DNA of 64,000 nucleotides, taken from the NCBI GenBank assembly GCA_903892035.1, contig CAITGV010000001.1, positions 155,624 to 219,623 on the forward strand, in the 5' to 3' direction. This document shows, piece by piece, positions 36,095 through 46,376 of the stretch. Source of the stretch: an uncultured bacterium (lineage in GTDB: Bacteria; Patescibacteriota; Minisyncoccia; Phycocordibacterales; UBA9973). The notes below the pieces were generated by a model. It saw only the letters and a program-made list of their open reading frames with translations, made no database searches and was not told where the DNA came from. The position numbers and the translations under genes are program-made. Each line of letters opens with the position of its first letter. The stretch's first letter is position 1.

Positions 36095-36290
36095 TTTTCT
36101 AATTTTTTAATTGTTTAACTATTTATTTTATTTTACGTTTCTCTCAAAAACCCTTAAAGTTGCTGAGAGAAACGTAAAATTCAATTAAAAAATCAATGTT
36201 TTCAACGAACTATATTACTCTACAAGTATAGCATATAAATATCTAAAAGTCAAGTAGTGTAATTCCCTATTTTACCTATATAATACAAGC

Positions 36291-37022
36291 ATGAATTCAA
36301 AAGAAAATCTCGAAAGTATTGCAAATAAGTTGGCGGAAATTGGTTTTAAAATTGGAGCAATAAAATTTAATCCAGAAGTGCCTTTCACTTGGGCATCGGG
36401 ATTGAAAAGTCCAATTTACAATGACAATAGAATGTTTTTATTTCACCCTGATGCTAGAAAATTAATTATTGATGGTTTGGAAATTTTGGCGACTGATGCA
36501 TTTAGTGAAAATGAAAATAATAGACCTGATGTAGTAGCCGGAACTTCCACTGCAGGTATTCCACACGGCTACGGACTCGCAGAGCGCCTAGGAGTGCCAT
36601 TTATATATGTACGCGACAAGCCAAAAGGCCACGGTCTACAAAACCAAATTGAAGGCATCGATGCAAGTAGTGATTTGAGTGGTAAAAAAGTTTTACTTAT
36701 CGAAGACTTGGTTTCAACAGGAGGATCAAGTGTAAATGCGGTGCAAGCAATACGAAATGCAAAAGGAGAAATTAATTATTGTTTCTCAATTTTTTCTTAC
36801 GGCTTTCCAAAAGCAAATGAAGTATTTGGTGGCACAGCTCCATACAATAAAGACGGCGCAAAACTTTCAGTGCCTTGCAATTTCGACTCAATTCTTCGCT
36901 ACCCTACACTTTTAGAATTTGGTATAAAAAATAATTACCTAAAAGAAAATCAAGAAAACATCTTGAAAGACTGGGCGCAAAACCCAGAAGCTTGGTCAGA
37001 AAAATTTCAAGCCGAAAGCTAA
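36291..37022 (+). CDS. pyrE: orotate phosphoribosyltransferase
   Basis: PFTWASGLKSPIYNDNR, YVRDKPKGHG, LLIEDLVSTGGS. Confidence 0.95.
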   Translation: MNSKENLESIANKLAEIGFKIGAIKFNPEVPFTWASGLKSPIYNDNRMFLFHPDARKLIIDGLEILATDAFSENENNRPDVVAGTSTAGIPHGYGLAERLGVPFIYVRDKPKGHGLQNQIEGIDASSDLSGKKVLLIEDLVSTGGSSVNAVQAIRNAKGEINYCFSIFSYGFPKANEVFGGTAPYNKDGAKLSVPCNFDSILRYPTLLEFGIKNNYLKENQENILKDWAQNPEAWSEKFQAES

Positions 37023-37408
37023 AAGAAAGGAATAAAATATGGTAGAAAAACTATCAGTCCGATAGCTAGTGCAATTGTGGAAGCGATGAGCACTGCCCCT
37101 GCGGCTACGTCCTTTGTATCGCGCGCATAAGGGTGATATTCGGAGCAGGTGAGGTTTATATCGATCTCTACAGCTGTATTTACCGCTTCTGCGACGAATA
37201 CAAGGCCGATAGAAAGTATTATTGCAAGCCATTCACTTTGTGTTATATGAAAAGAAAATCCTAGACCAATTGCAGAGATACCAAGCAAAATGTGAATCCA
37301 TGCATTTGGAGTAGTGGCAATAAAAATCCGTATTCCCCGCACCGCATGAGTAAAACTCCTCGCTCTCTTCACGACACTAAACGCTTCTTTTTCTTTTGGA
37401 GATTCCAT
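37019..37408 (-). CDS. dgkA: diacylglycerol/undecaprenol kinase family protein
   Basis: SFTHAVRG, EAVNTAVE, KDVAAGAV. Confidence 0.88.
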   Translation of the reverse strand: MESPKEKEAFSVVKRARSFTHAVRGIRIFIATTPNAWIHILLGISAIGLGFSFHITQSEWLAIILSIGLVFVAEAVNTAVEIDINLTCSEYHPYARDTKDVAAGAVLIASTIALAIGLIVFLPYFIPFF

Positions 37409-37422
37409 GTGGGTATTATACT

Positions 37423-37468
37423 ACAAAACAAAAAAAACTCTCCTTTCGGAGAGTTTTTTTTGTTTTGT
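37423..37468 (-). terminator. terminator after rplB
   Basis: acaaaacaaaaaaaactctc-cttt/ttcg-gagagttttttttgttttgt long inverted repeat. Confidence 0.8.
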
Positions 37469-37477
37469 TTAAAAATT

Positions 37478-38323
37478 TTAACCTTTTCTTTTCTTTCCGA
37501 CGACTCGGCGAGAAACGATGAATTGATTTGAGTATTTCTTTGGAGTGCGAGTCTTTCGTCCACCTGTAACCTTACCCCACATAGTCTTTGGTCGGCGTGT
37601 TCCGCGTCCTTGGCGTCCTTCACCTCCTCCGTATGGGTGATCAACTGGGTTCATCACACTACCACGGACTGTTGGGCGAATACCTTTGTGGCGTGAGCGT
37701 CCAGCTTTTCCGAAATTCATAAGTTTGTATTCTTCATTTGAAACTTCACCAATACATGCCCAGCAATTTTCTGAAACTTTTCGAACTTCACTTGATGGCA
37801 TTTTTACGTTTGTATAACCGTCAGCATTTGCGACTACTTGAGCAAAAATTCCTGCAGAACGAGCAATCTTTGCACCTCCTTTTGGTTTAATTTCCACATT
37901 GTAAACAAATGTTCCAACAGGTATAAGGTGAAGTGGAAGACGATTTCCAGCTGTAAGGTTTGCTTTTTCAGATACGATGAAAGTGTCGCCAACCTTCAAT
38001 GATTTTGGTGTAAGCACATAACGCTTTTCACCATCAGCATAATTTACAAGAGAAATAAAACTAGAACGGTTTGGATCGTATTCGATAGAAGTGATTTTTG
38101 CTGGAATATCAATTTTGTTATAAAGAAAATCAACTTCACGATAAGCACGCTTGTGACCTCCACCCTTGTGGCGAGTTGTAATGCGTCCTTGATTATTTCG
38201 GCCAACACTTCGCTTTACACCTTTTGTAAGAGGCTTGTGAGCTGTATGTCCTGAAAGCACTCCACGGTAAGTAACTGTGGTCATGCTTCGGCGAGATGGA
38301 GTTGTAGGTCTGTAGGATTTCAT
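37478..38323 (-). CDS. rplB: 50S ribosomal protein L2
   Basis: GRNNQGRIT, IEYDPNRS, GKAGRSR, MNPVDHPYGGGEG. Confidence 0.98.
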   Translation of the reverse strand: MKSYRPTTPSRRSMTTVTYRGVLSGHTAHKPLTKGVKRSVGRNNQGRITTRHKGGGHKRAYREVDFLYNKIDIPAKITSIEYDPNRSSFISLVNYADGEKRYVLTPKSLKVGDTFIVSEKANLTAGNRLPLHLIPVGTFVYNVEIKPKGGAKIARSAGIFAQVVANADGYTNVKMPSSEVRKVSENCWACIGEVSNEEYKLMNFGKAGRSRHKGIRPTVRGSVMNPVDHPYGGGEGRQGRGTRRPKTMWGKVTGGRKTRTPKKYSNQFIVSRRVVGKKRKG

Positions 38324-38328
38324 ATATT

Positions 38329-38703
38329 TTAAATAAATTCTATTTTATCTTCTTTCTTTAAATAAACAACGGCTTTTTTACCACCGCCACGAACACCTTT
38401 TTTACCACGAACAATTACATTCTTTTTTTCAATTGGTGTAATGTTGATTTTCAAAGGCTTCACTTTATACAAAGCAAGAATTGCTTTTTCTACTTCTTGT
38501 TTTGTTGAACGTTCTGATACTTCAAAAGTGTAAGCATTGTCTCGCTCCATAACCATTGCAGCTTTTTCTGTAATTCTTGGACGAATAATTACACCTGCAT
38601 AATTTGAAGCTCCTGCTGTAATTTCAGTCTTTGCGACAACTGCTTTAGCTTTCTTTGTTGTCTTTTTCTCTGCCTTTTCTTTTGTAACTTTTTTTATAGC
38701 CAT
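38329..38703 (-). CDS. rplW: 50S ribosomal protein L23 with a Lys-rich N-terminal extension
   Basis: PRITEKA, YTFEV, KKAVVYL. Confidence 0.96.
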   Translation of the reverse strand: MAIKKVTKEKAEKKTTKKAKAVVAKTEITAGASNYAGVIIRPRITEKAAMVMERDNAYTFEVSERSTKQEVEKAILALYKVKPLKINITPIEKKNVIVRGKKGVRGGGKKAVVYLKKEDKIEFI

Positions 38704-38716
38704 ATATTTTTAAAAA

Positions 38717-39379
38717 TTATGCATTCTTTGAAGCTAAGAATTTCAAACTCTCTTCTGGATTTGCAACAATTAAATATTTGTAAGACAAAACTTCAACCGG
38801 ATTGATATTTGAAATTGTTCCGTAAACTACTGGTGGCAAATTGCGGAAGCTCTTTTCCAAAGTAGCATCTTTTTTTGCAAATGATAAAAATGCAACTGCC
38901 TTTTTTGAAGTTCCAAGTCTTTCAAAACCAGAAACCTTCGCAAGTGATTTCAAAACTTCATTTGCATCTTTTGTTTTTATTTTATCGAAAGACAAAGTAT
39001 CAACAAAAAGAATTTGTCCTTTGCGATTCTTTTCTGAAAGTGCAGTATAGAGAGCTTTTGTCTTCATCTTTTTATTGATTTTCTTTTTGTAACTCTTTTC
39101 AGCAAGAGGACCGTGAGTCACTCCTCCACCACGCCAGATTGGTGAACGTGTAGATCCATGACGAGCACGTCCTGTTCCTTTTTGTTTCCAAGGTTTCTTT
39201 CCTCCACCAGAAACTTCACCGCGAGTTCGAGCATTTGCAGTACCTGCGCGTTTGTTGCTCATCATACTTGTGACGACTTGGTGCACGAGATCAGAATTCC
39301 ACTTCAAGCCAAAAATTTCTTCTGGCAATGCGAGTGTTGAAACTTCTTTTCCTTTTTGATTGTATACTTTTGCTTCCAT
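38717..39379 (-). CDS. rplD: 50S ribosomal protein L4
   Basis: RGEVSGGGKKPWKQKGTGRARHGS; start taken at MEAKV. Confidence 0.98.
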   Translation of the reverse strand: MEAKVYNQKGKEVSTLALPEEIFGLKWNSDLVHQVVTSMMSNKRAGTANARTRGEVSGGGKKPWKQKGTGRARHGSTRSPIWRGGGVTHGPLAEKSYKKKINKKMKTKALYTALSEKNRKGQILFVDTLSFDKIKTKDANEVLKSLAKVSGFERLGTSKKAVAFLSFAKKDATLEKSFRNLPPVVYGTISNINPVEVLSYKYLIVANPEESLKFLASKNA

Positions 39380-39383
39380 AAAA

Positions 39384-40001
39384 TTATTTTCCTTGGATAT
39401 AGAGAACTGTGCCGCGACGTCCAGGCACTGCACCACTGATAAGCAAACTCTGTGTGTCGGCATCGATTGCTAGCACTTTCAAGTTTTTGACTGTAACTGT
39501 ATCACTTCCCATTCTTCCAGCCATACGCATTCCTTTTGGAACACGTGTACGAAGACCTCCACCGATTGATCCAGGTTCGCGCTCAGAGTGTTTCTGACCG
39601 TGAGAGCGTGGTCCTCCGTGGAAACCATGGCGTTTTACAACACCTTGGAAGCCTTTACCTTTTGTGACGCCAGTGACTGTGATCTTGTCACCTGGAGCAA
39701 AAACTGAAAAGTCGATAACATCTCCGCGTTTCATTGTACCGGCAATTTCAGGAGTGATGCGGAATTCTTTCAAACTTGAAAAGTTTCCAAGTTCTTTCAT
39801 GTGGCCTTTTTGAGCTTTATTGATTCTCTTTGTATTTCGTACACCTGCACCTACTTGCACAGCGCAATATCCATCTGTGTCTTTTGCTTTCACTTGCGTG
39901 ACGACAGCAGGACCTGTAGCAACAATTGTCGCAGGGAAAACGCGACCTTCACTGTCGAAATACTGAGTCATATTTTGTTTTTTTCCAATAGCGAGCTTCA
40001 T
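39384..40001 (-). CDS. rplC: 50S ribosomal protein L3
   Basis: [28 protein letters not shown]. Confidence 0.98.
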   Translation of the reverse strand: MKLAIGKKQNMTQYFDSEGRVFPATIVATGPAVVTQVKAKDTDGYCAVQVGAGVRNTKRINKAQKGHMKELGNFSSLKEFRITPEIAGTMKRGDVIDFSVFAPGDKITVTGVTKGKGFQGVVKRHGFHGGPRSHGQKHSEREPGSIGGGLRTRVPKGMRMAGRMGSDTVTVKNLKVLAIDADTQSLLISGAVPGRRGTVLYIQGK

Positions 40002-40013
40002 AGGATTTTCAGA

Positions 40014-40385
40014 TTACATCATTTTAACATCGATATCGACTCCTGACGGTAAATTAAGATTTGTCAGAGCTTCAATTGTTTTTGCATTTGGGTTCAAGAT
40101 GTCGATAAGACGTTTGTGCGTTCGCATTTCAAACTGCTCGCGAGTATTCTTGTAAACAAACGATGCACGGTTGACTGTATATTTTTTGATTTCTGTTGGC
40201 AATGGCGTAGGACCGATAATTGTAGCGTCATAACGACGTGCAGTATCGATAATCTGCTTTACTGAAGCATCGAGAATTTTATTCTCGTACGCGCGCACTC
40301 GAATACGTAGCTTTACCACGCCTTCTTCTTTGGTGTCAGATTTCTTTGCGCGTGCGATCTTCGGTTTTACAGTTGCTGTTGTCAT
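40014..40385 (-). CDS. rpsJ: 30S ribosomal protein S10
   Basis: [22 protein letters not shown]. Confidence 0.98.
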   Translation of the reverse strand: MTTATVKPKIARAKKSDTKEEGVVKLRIRVRAYENKILDASVKQIIDTARRYDATIIGPTPLPTEIKKYTVNRASFVYKNTREQFEMRTHKRLIDILNPNAKTIEALTNLNLPSGVDIDVKMM

Positions 40386-40410
40386 AAGAACAAAAAATAA
40401 CTATTAATAA

Positions 40411-41604
40411 TTAAGCAATAATTTTAGTAACAACTCCTGCTCCAACTGTCTTGCCTCCTTCACGGATAGCGAAACGCTGTTGAGCTTCTAGGGCGACTGG
40501 AGTTACGAGTTTAACTGTAAGCTTTACTGTGTCTCCTGGCATAACCATTTCAACTCCTTCTGGAAGTTTTGATTCACCAGTAACGTCTGTAGTTCGGATG
40601 TAGAATTGAGGCTTGTAACCATTGAAGAATGGAGTGTGGCGACCACCTTCTTCTTTCTTTAAGATGTAAACTTCACATTCGAATTCTGAGTGAGGAGTTA
40701 CAGTACCTGTCTTTGCAAGAACTTGTCCACGAGTAAGATCTTCTTTCTTTGCTCCGCGTAGAAGAATACCAGCATTGTCGCCAGCCATTCCTTCTTGGAG
40801 ATTCTTGTTAAACATTTCAATACCTGTAACAACTGTCTTTGATGTTGGTTTAATACCGACGATTTCAACTTCCTCACCAACTTTAATGACACCTCTTTCA
40901 ATACGGCCAGTAACAACTGTTCCACGGCCTTCAATTGAGAAGATATCTTCGATTGGCATAAGGAATGGCTTTGTAACATCGCGTTCTGGAACTGGGATGT
41001 AAGTATCCAAAGCATCTACGAGGTCAAGCACTTTCTTTGCCCATTCATCTTCAACTGAAGTTGATTCTAGAGCTTTTAGAGCTGAACCACGGATAACTGG
41101 ACAACCTGCGCCGTCAAAACCTTGTTTTGTAAGTAGTTCTCGTACTTCTTCTTCAACCATGTCTATCATATCTTTGTCATCAACCATGTCGCACTTGTTG
41201 AGGAATACGATAATTCTTGGCACACCAACTTGTTTTGCAAGAAGGATGTGTTCACGTGTTTGTGGCATTGCACCATCTGTAGCTGCAACCACGATAATAG
41301 CACCGTCCATTTGAGCAGCACCAGTAATCATGTTTTTGATGTAGTCAGCGTGTCCTGGAGCATCAATGTGAGCATAGTGACGAGAGTCAGACGCATACTC
41401 GTTGTGAGAAAGAGCGATCGTGATACCACGAGCCTTTTCTTCTGGAGCAGAGTCGATTTGGTCAACTCCTTTCATCTTAACTGTTTTACCTGCCATGTTT
41501 AGAACATGCAAAATAGCCGCAGTAAGAGTAGTCTTACCGTGGTCAACGTGACCGATTGTTCCCACATTTACGTGTGGCTTATCTCTTTTAAATTCTTCTG
41601 CCAT
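40411..41604 (-). CDS. tuf: elongation factor Tu
   Basis: [36 protein letters not shown]. Confidence 0.99.
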   Translation of the reverse strand: MAEEFKRDKPHVNVGTIGHVDHGKTTLTAAILHVLNMAGKTVKMKGVDQIDSAPEEKARGITIALSHNEYASDSRHYAHIDAPGHADYIKNMITGAAQMDGAIIVVAATDGAMPQTREHILLAKQVGVPRIIVFLNKCDMVDDKDMIDMVEEEVRELLTKQGFDGAGCPVIRGSALKALESTSVEDEWAKKVLDLVDALDTYIPVPERDVTKPFLMPIEDIFSIEGRGTVVTGRIERGVIKVGEEVEIVGIKPTSKTVVTGIEMFNKNLQEGMAGDNAGILLRGAKKEDLTRGQVLAKTGTVTPHSEFECEVYILKKEEGGRHTPFFNGYKPQFYIRTTDVTGESKLPEGVEMVMPGDTVKLTVKLVTPVALEAQQRFAIREGGKTVGAGVVTKIIA

Positions 41605-41715
41605 ATGATTTTGTTTTTAACAATGGGAATCAAACGTACGAGAACGATGAGCTTAATTCCAACTGCTAATAATATATTAAATTTATAATAACCGCACAAA
41701 GTGCGACGTCTAGCC

Positions 41716-41743
41716 ATAGTAGCAAATTTAAAACTATTGTCAA
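41716..41743 (-). promoter_or_regulatory. sigma70-type promoter for tuf-rpsJ-rplCDWB
   Basis: TTGACA-16-TACTAT with an extended TG. Confidence 0.65.
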
Positions 41744-41822
41744 ATATTCAACCAGTAGGCAAAACAAAAGGCCATCGAGTGGATACGTGGCCTTTGGTCT
41801 TAATTCACAAGTAAGATTACTG

Positions 41823-42203
41823 CTAAATTTTCTTCTCCAGTTTTGAAATGGCGTTTTCCGTTTCAGTAATCATTTCCTGCCATTCTGTTTTGCTTATAAC
41901 TATACGAAATTTTTTATTACTAAGAACAAATAAATAGTTTTCAAGGTAATTGCTACCTTCATAAGCCATACAGATTTGATGTGATGTTTCAGCCAATAAT
42001 TCTCGCGAATGTTTGGCTTGTAAAGTTTTCGCACAATTTCCTTTAAAGGATTCATGCAGTACACCTTTTTCGTAACCTTGAAAAGTTACTTTGCTTTCCA
42101 ATGAAGGATTATGTTTTTCCTTCAATACTTTTAAAAACATCTCCAGCAAGTTAATTCCTGAATTAACAGCTAGTTTTTCTAGTTTTTCGGATTCTTGTAC
42201 CAT
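41823..42203 (-). CDS. hypothetical protein between fusA and tuf
   Basis: 126-aa ORF with a downstream hairpin at 41765-41797; no motif recognised. Confidence 0.6.
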   Translation of the reverse strand: MVQESEKLEKLAVNSGINLLEMFLKVLKEKHNPSLESKVTFQGYEKGVLHESFKGNCAKTLQAKHSRELLAETSHQICMAYEGSNYLENYLFVLSNKKFRIVISKTEWQEMITETENAISKLEKKI

Positions 42204-42275
42204 TTGTGTAAAATTTTATTAAGTTAAAGAAATGTTTATTACATATAAAACATTACTCTTTTTTGCATAAATAGC

Positions 42276-42328
42276 AAACCCCTCCTTTTTGAGGAGGGGT
42301 CTACGGTAGCAACCGAGGGGGTGGTGGC
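42276..42328. repeat. diverged REP-like element directly after the fusA stop
   Basis: acccctcct-tttt-gaggaggggt hairpin followed by ctacggtagcaaccgagggggtgg; same two-hairpin layout as the DUF559-type repeats. Confidence 0.5.
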
Positions 42329-44481
42329 TATTTTCTTGCTTCAATAATTGTCGTTGCGACGTTTTGAGGAACAATGTCGTAACGGAGGAATTCCATTGTG
42401 AATCCTGCGCGACCTTCGGTCATTGAGCGAAGTGATGTCATGTAGCCAAACATTTCAGAAAGTGGAACAACAGCTTTCACAACTTTATTCATTCCACGCT
42501 CTTCCATACCTTCGATAAGTCCACGTTTTGAAGAAAGGTTTCCAGTCACATCTCCCATAAATTTCTCTGGAGTTATAACTTCAACTTTCATCATAGGTTC
42601 AAGGATAACTGGTTTTGCTTGTTTACAAGCGTCTTGAATAGCCATTGAAGAAGCAATTTTGAAAGCCATTTCGTTTGAGTCCACTTCGTGATAACTTCCA
42701 TCCCAAAGGTTTACAGAAACATTGACCATTTTAAATCCAGCAAGAACTCCACGATCGAGACCTTCTCGGAATCCTTTTTCACAAGGCGCGATATATTCTT
42801 GTGGAATAACTCCTCCTTTGATTGTGTTGATAAATTCGAAATGAGAATCGCGTTTTGTATTCTTTGGTAAATCTTCAATATCCTCTTTTGTAAGAGTCAT
42901 ATCCATTGGCTTCACTTTAATCTTCACGTGACCGTAGTTACCGCGTCCACCAGATTGTTTAATGTATTTACCTTCAACATCTGCAGAACCAGTAATTGTT
43001 TCGCGATATGCAACCTGAGGTTTACCGACATTTGCTTCCACGGTAAATTCACGCTTCATACGATCAACAATAATTTCCAAGTGAAGTTCTCCCATTCCAG
43101 CAATAATTGTTTCGCCAGTTTCTTGATCTGTTGAAACTTTAAATGTTGGGTCTTCTTGTGCAAGACGGTTGAGCGCCATACCCATTTTTTCCTGGTCAGC
43201 TTTTGTCTTTGGTTCAATACGTAGAGAGATCACAGGCTCTGGGAAGACGATACGGTCGAGCTCGATAGGATTTTCTTCATTACACAAAGTATCTGAAGTG
43301 ATAGTATCTTTAAGTCCTACAGCTGCAGCAATTTCTCCAGCAAAAACTTTTTTCACTTCTTCACGATCGTTTGCATGCATTCGTAAAATACGTCCAATGC
43401 GTTCTTTGTTGCGAGTACGAGGATTGTAAACATATGAACCTGCTTCAAGTGTACCAGAATAAACGCGGAAGAAAATTAATTGTCCAACGAATGGATCTGT
43501 TGCAACTTTGAAAGCGAGCGCTGAGAAAGGTTCTTTGTCATCAGCATGGCGAGCAATAGCTTCATCGTTGTCAGGATTTACTCCAGTGATAGGTGGGATG
43601 TCCATTGGAGATGGAAGATAATCTACCACAGCATCGAGCACGAGCTGGACTCCTTTGTTCTTCAAAGCAGAACCAGCAAAAACTGGGAAGATTTTATTTG
43701 CAATAACAGCTTTACGCATTGTCTTTTTTAAAGTTGCGTAATCTGGAATTTTTCCATCCAAATATTCTGTCATCAATGTGTCATCTGTCTCAACAATTTT
43801 TTCTATAAGTTCACCGTGAAATTTTTCTGCTTCGGCTTTGTATTCTTCGGGAATTTCTTTTTCAAGAACTTTATTTCCCATTTCTCCTTCGAAATAGTAA
43901 GCTTTCATTCCTAGTAGGTCAATGACTCCTTCATGCTTTTCTTCAAGACCAATAGGAATTTGCATTCTAATAGCATTTTTTGAAAGACGATCCAAAATTG
44001 TTTTATATGAATGTTCAAAAGAAGCACCAGTACGGTCGAGTTTGTTTACAAAACAAATACGAGGAACATTTGCTTCGTCAGCATAGCGCCAGTTTGTTTC
44101 AGATTGAGGTTCAACTCCAGCAACTCCGTCGAAAACAACAACAGCGCCGTCGAGCACGCGTAGTGATCTTTTCACCTCAACAGTAAAGTCGATGTGCCCA
44201 GGAGTGTCGATAATATTGAAACGAACCTTTTTTGATTTATCTTTTTGGTCAGCGTAAGTCGGTGTCCAAAAACATGTGATAGCAGCAGAAGTAATAGTAA
44301 TCCCGCGCTCTCGTTCTTGCTCCATCCAGTCTGTTGTAGTCTCACCGTCGTGCACTTCACCTATTTTGTGTGACACTCCAGTGTAAAAAAGCACACGTTC
44401 TGATGTGGTAGTTTTACCAGCGTCAATGTGCGCAATAATTCCAAAATTTCTAACTTTTTCTAGTGGGTAATCTCGTTCCAT
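42328..44481 (-). CDS. fusA: elongation factor G
   Basis: [38 protein letters not shown]. Confidence 0.99.
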   Translation of the reverse strand: MERDYPLEKVRNFGIIAHIDAGKTTTSERVLFYTGVSHKIGEVHDGETTTDWMEQERERGITITSAAITCFWTPTYADQKDKSKKVRFNIIDTPGHIDFTVEVKRSLRVLDGAVVVFDGVAGVEPQSETNWRYADEANVPRICFVNKLDRTGASFEHSYKTILDRLSKNAIRMQIPIGLEEKHEGVIDLLGMKAYYFEGEMGNKVLEKEIPEEYKAEAEKFHGELIEKIVETDDTLMTEYLDGKIPDYATLKKTMRKAVIANKIFPVFAGSALKNKGVQLVLDAVVDYLPSPMDIPPITGVNPDNDEAIARHADDKEPFSALAFKVATDPFVGQLIFFRVYSGTLEAGSYVYNPRTRNKERIGRILRMHANDREEVKKVFAGEIAAAVGLKDTITSDTLCNEENPIELDRIVFPEPVISLRIEPKTKADQEKMGMALNRLAQEDPTFKVSTDQETGETIIAGMGELHLEIIVDRMKREFTVEANVGKPQVAYRETITGSADVEGKYIKQSGGRGNYGHVKIKVKPMDMTLTKEDIEDLPKNTKRDSHFEFINTIKGGVIPQEYIAPCEKGFREGLDRGVLAGFKMVNVSVNLWDGSYHEVDSNEMAFKIASSMAIQDACKQAKPVILEPMMKVEVITPEKFMGDVTGNLSSKRGLIEGMEERGMNKVVKAVVPLSEMFGYMTSLRSMTEGRAGFTMEFLRYDIVPQNVATTIIEARK

Positions 44482-44612
44482 ATATAAAATAATTAATAAT
44501 TAAAAAATAGACATCCCTGTCTTTAGTACAAAGACTATACGACATTTCGGCTTTTTTTGCAAATACTAAAAACCCCACCGAGAGCGGGGTTTTTAGTATT
44601 GAATTAATATTT

Positions 44613-45092
44613 TTACTTAGCGGGAGGTGTTTTTAACATTTTGTCGATTAAGGTACGCGTATTTATATCCATATTACCGGTACTTGGAATACCATTTATA
44701 GACTGAAACTTGGAGAGCGAGCGATTGTTTGCAATTGTAGCACTTGGTGGACAAGGTGCGTTAAAAAACTGGTATGTTATATACTGATTACCTTGTGAAT
44801 CTGTATTTAAGAACCAAAAATAACAACCCCCGTCGCCATTGGAAGTGCCTAGGAAGGTACCTTCAACAGGATACTTACATGGCAAAGTACCGCCAAAATT
44901 TGTTGCAAGGTTATCAGTACATGCCCCGCCATTTACTATAGTACTTGCTTTTGTTCCATTTGTTACGGCATTTGCTACTGCGCCAGTCTGACCAGTGTCT
45001 GGTTTATTCATGCTCGAAGAGACTAAGTAACCGGCGATAAATACAACGATGACTAAGAGAATTATTTTAAAAGTGTTATTCGAACTTTGCAT
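44613..45092 (-). CDS. hypothetical membrane-anchored protein with a partial peptidoglycan-binding-like C-terminus
   Basis: N-terminal TM, GACTDNLATNFGG Cys motif, KFQSINGIPSTGNMDINTR; promoter TTGACA-17-TACACT at 45185-45157. Confidence 0.65.
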   Translation of the reverse strand: MQSSNNTFKIILLVIVVFIAGYLVSSSMNKPDTGQTGAVANAVTNGTKASTIVNGGACTDNLATNFGGTLPCKYPVEGTFLGTSNGDGGCYFWFLNTDSQGNQYITYQFFNAPCPPSATIANNRSLSKFQSINGIPSTGNMDINTRTLIDKMLKTPPAK

Positions 45093-45235
45093 AAATTTTA
45101 TAATTTATAGATTAATAATTAGAAACGACCTTGAAACTTAAGAAACTAATACCGTAAGTGTAACCCCCCCATAGCGACTTGTCAACGGAAGTTATACACA
45201 AATGCAGGCAAACACAGAAAATGCTTAGCATTTCA

Positions 45236-45303
45236 GCCTTCCTCAATGAGTACATTGACCTACTGGGTTGACAAGGGAAGGTGTCCGAAGGACGGATGGG
45301 TTT
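45236..45303. repeat. REP-like element carrying an internal insert of about 30 bp
   Basis: ccttcc-[tcaatgagtacattgacctactgggtt]-gacaagggaagg-tgtccgaaggacggatgggttt. Confidence 0.7.
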
Positions 45304-45350
45304 AAAAAACAAAAACTTCCCTAAGGAAGTTTTTGTTTAGATTTAGATTA

Positions 45351-45375
45351 CCCATTCGACTACGCTCAGGGTAAA
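45351..45375. repeat. REP-like element (TTCGAC..GCTCAGG family)
   Basis: cccattcgactacgctcagggtaaa. Confidence 0.7.
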
Positions 45376-45391
45376 AATTGCTAGGCAATTT

Positions 45392-45862
45392 TTACCAAGC
45401 AAAGTGCGCAAATGCTTTGTTTGACTCTGCCATTTTGTGAGTATCATCACGCTTCTTCACTGCTGAGCCTTCGTTCTTTGAAGCTGAAATAAGTTCATCG
45501 GCAAGCTTGATATGCATTGGTTGGCCTTTCTTTGAAGATGCTGCATCTTTGATCCAACGCATAGCAAGAGCTAAACGGCGTTCTGGACGAACTTCTCTTG
45601 GAACCTGGTAGTTTGCTCCACCGATACGGCGAGAACGAACTTCTGTCATTGGACCTGCGTTTTTTATAGCCATATCGAAAACTTCGAGAGGATTTGGATT
45701 GCCAGTCTTTTCTTTGATTACATCAAAAGCTTTGTAAACAACTTTACGAGCTGTTTCTTTTTTACCAGAATCCATAATACAGTTTATGAATTTAGCGAGC
45801 TTTGGAGAATTGTATACATTGTCCGGCTCTGGAATATTTCGATTTTTTACTTTTCGTCTCAT
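45392..45862 (-). CDS. rpsG: 30S ribosomal protein S7
   Basis: EVRSRRIGGANYQVP, HKMAESNKAFAHF. Confidence 0.98.
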   Translation of the reverse strand: MRRKVKNRNIPEPDNVYNSPKLAKFINCIMDSGKKETARKVVYKAFDVIKEKTGNPNPLEVFDMAIKNAGPMTEVRSRRIGGANYQVPREVRPERRLALAMRWIKDAASSKKGQPMHIKLADELISASKNEGSAVKKRDDTHKMAESNKAFAHFAW

Positions 45863-45870
45863 TTTTTAAT

Positions 45871-45900
45871 TTAGAAATTAGTAATTAGATATTAGACATT
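45871..45900. repeat. tandem heptamer repeat (TTAGNNA)4
   Basis: ttagaaa ttagtaa ttagata ttagaca tt in the rpsL-rpsG spacer. Confidence 0.7.
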
Positions 45901-45904
45901 TATC

Positions 45905-46327
45905 TTATTTTTTATCAGCTTTAGGGCGTTTTGCTCCATAACGACTTCGAGCCTTGCGACGCTTGTCGACTCCTGTAGCATCGAGCACACCGCGGACGAT
46001 GTGGTAACGAACTCCAATAAGGTCTTTCACACGTCCTCCGCGTAGCATTACGACAGAGTGTTCTTGCAAATTGTGGCCCATACCTGGAATATATGCTGTG
46101 ACTTCCATACCATTTGTAAGGCGTACACGAGCTATTTTACGTAGAGCTGAGTTAGGTTTCTTTGGTGTAGTTGTAGTTACTTTTGTACATACTCCTCTTT
46201 TGAAAGGAGCTGGATAGTACACTGGGCGATTTTTTAGAGCATTGAATCCACGAGCAAGAGCAACCGCTTTTGATTTGCGGACAACTTTCTTTCTTCCCTT
46301 TTTTACTAGCTGATTTATTGATGGCAT
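45905..46327 (-). CDS. rpsL: 30S ribosomal protein S12
   Basis: [26 protein letters not shown]. Confidence 0.99.
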   Translation of the reverse strand: MPSINQLVKKGRKKVVRKSKAVALARGFNALKNRPVYYPAPFKRGVCTKVTTTTPKKPNSALRKIARVRLTNGMEVTAYIPGMGHNLQEHSVVMLRGGRVKDLIGVRYHIVRGVLDATGVDKRRKARSRYGAKRPKADKK

Positions 46328-46339
46328 ATAACAGGAGTC

Positions 46340-46367
46340 ATACTAACAAATAGGTAGAAATTGTCAA
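46340..46367 (-). promoter_or_regulatory. sigma70-type promoter for rpsL-rpsG
   Basis: TTGACA-16-TAGTAT with an extended TG. Confidence 0.65.
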
Positions 46368-46376
46368 ATTTATATT

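Noticed and set aside
13506-41657. Shared 9-mer cgatgagct in the 6S-like RNA bubble and the tuf leader
   Set aside because: A single 9-nt match is within chance expectation for a window of this size
45112-45312. 66-aa ORF
   Set aside because: Spans a REP-like element and a promoter; probably spurious
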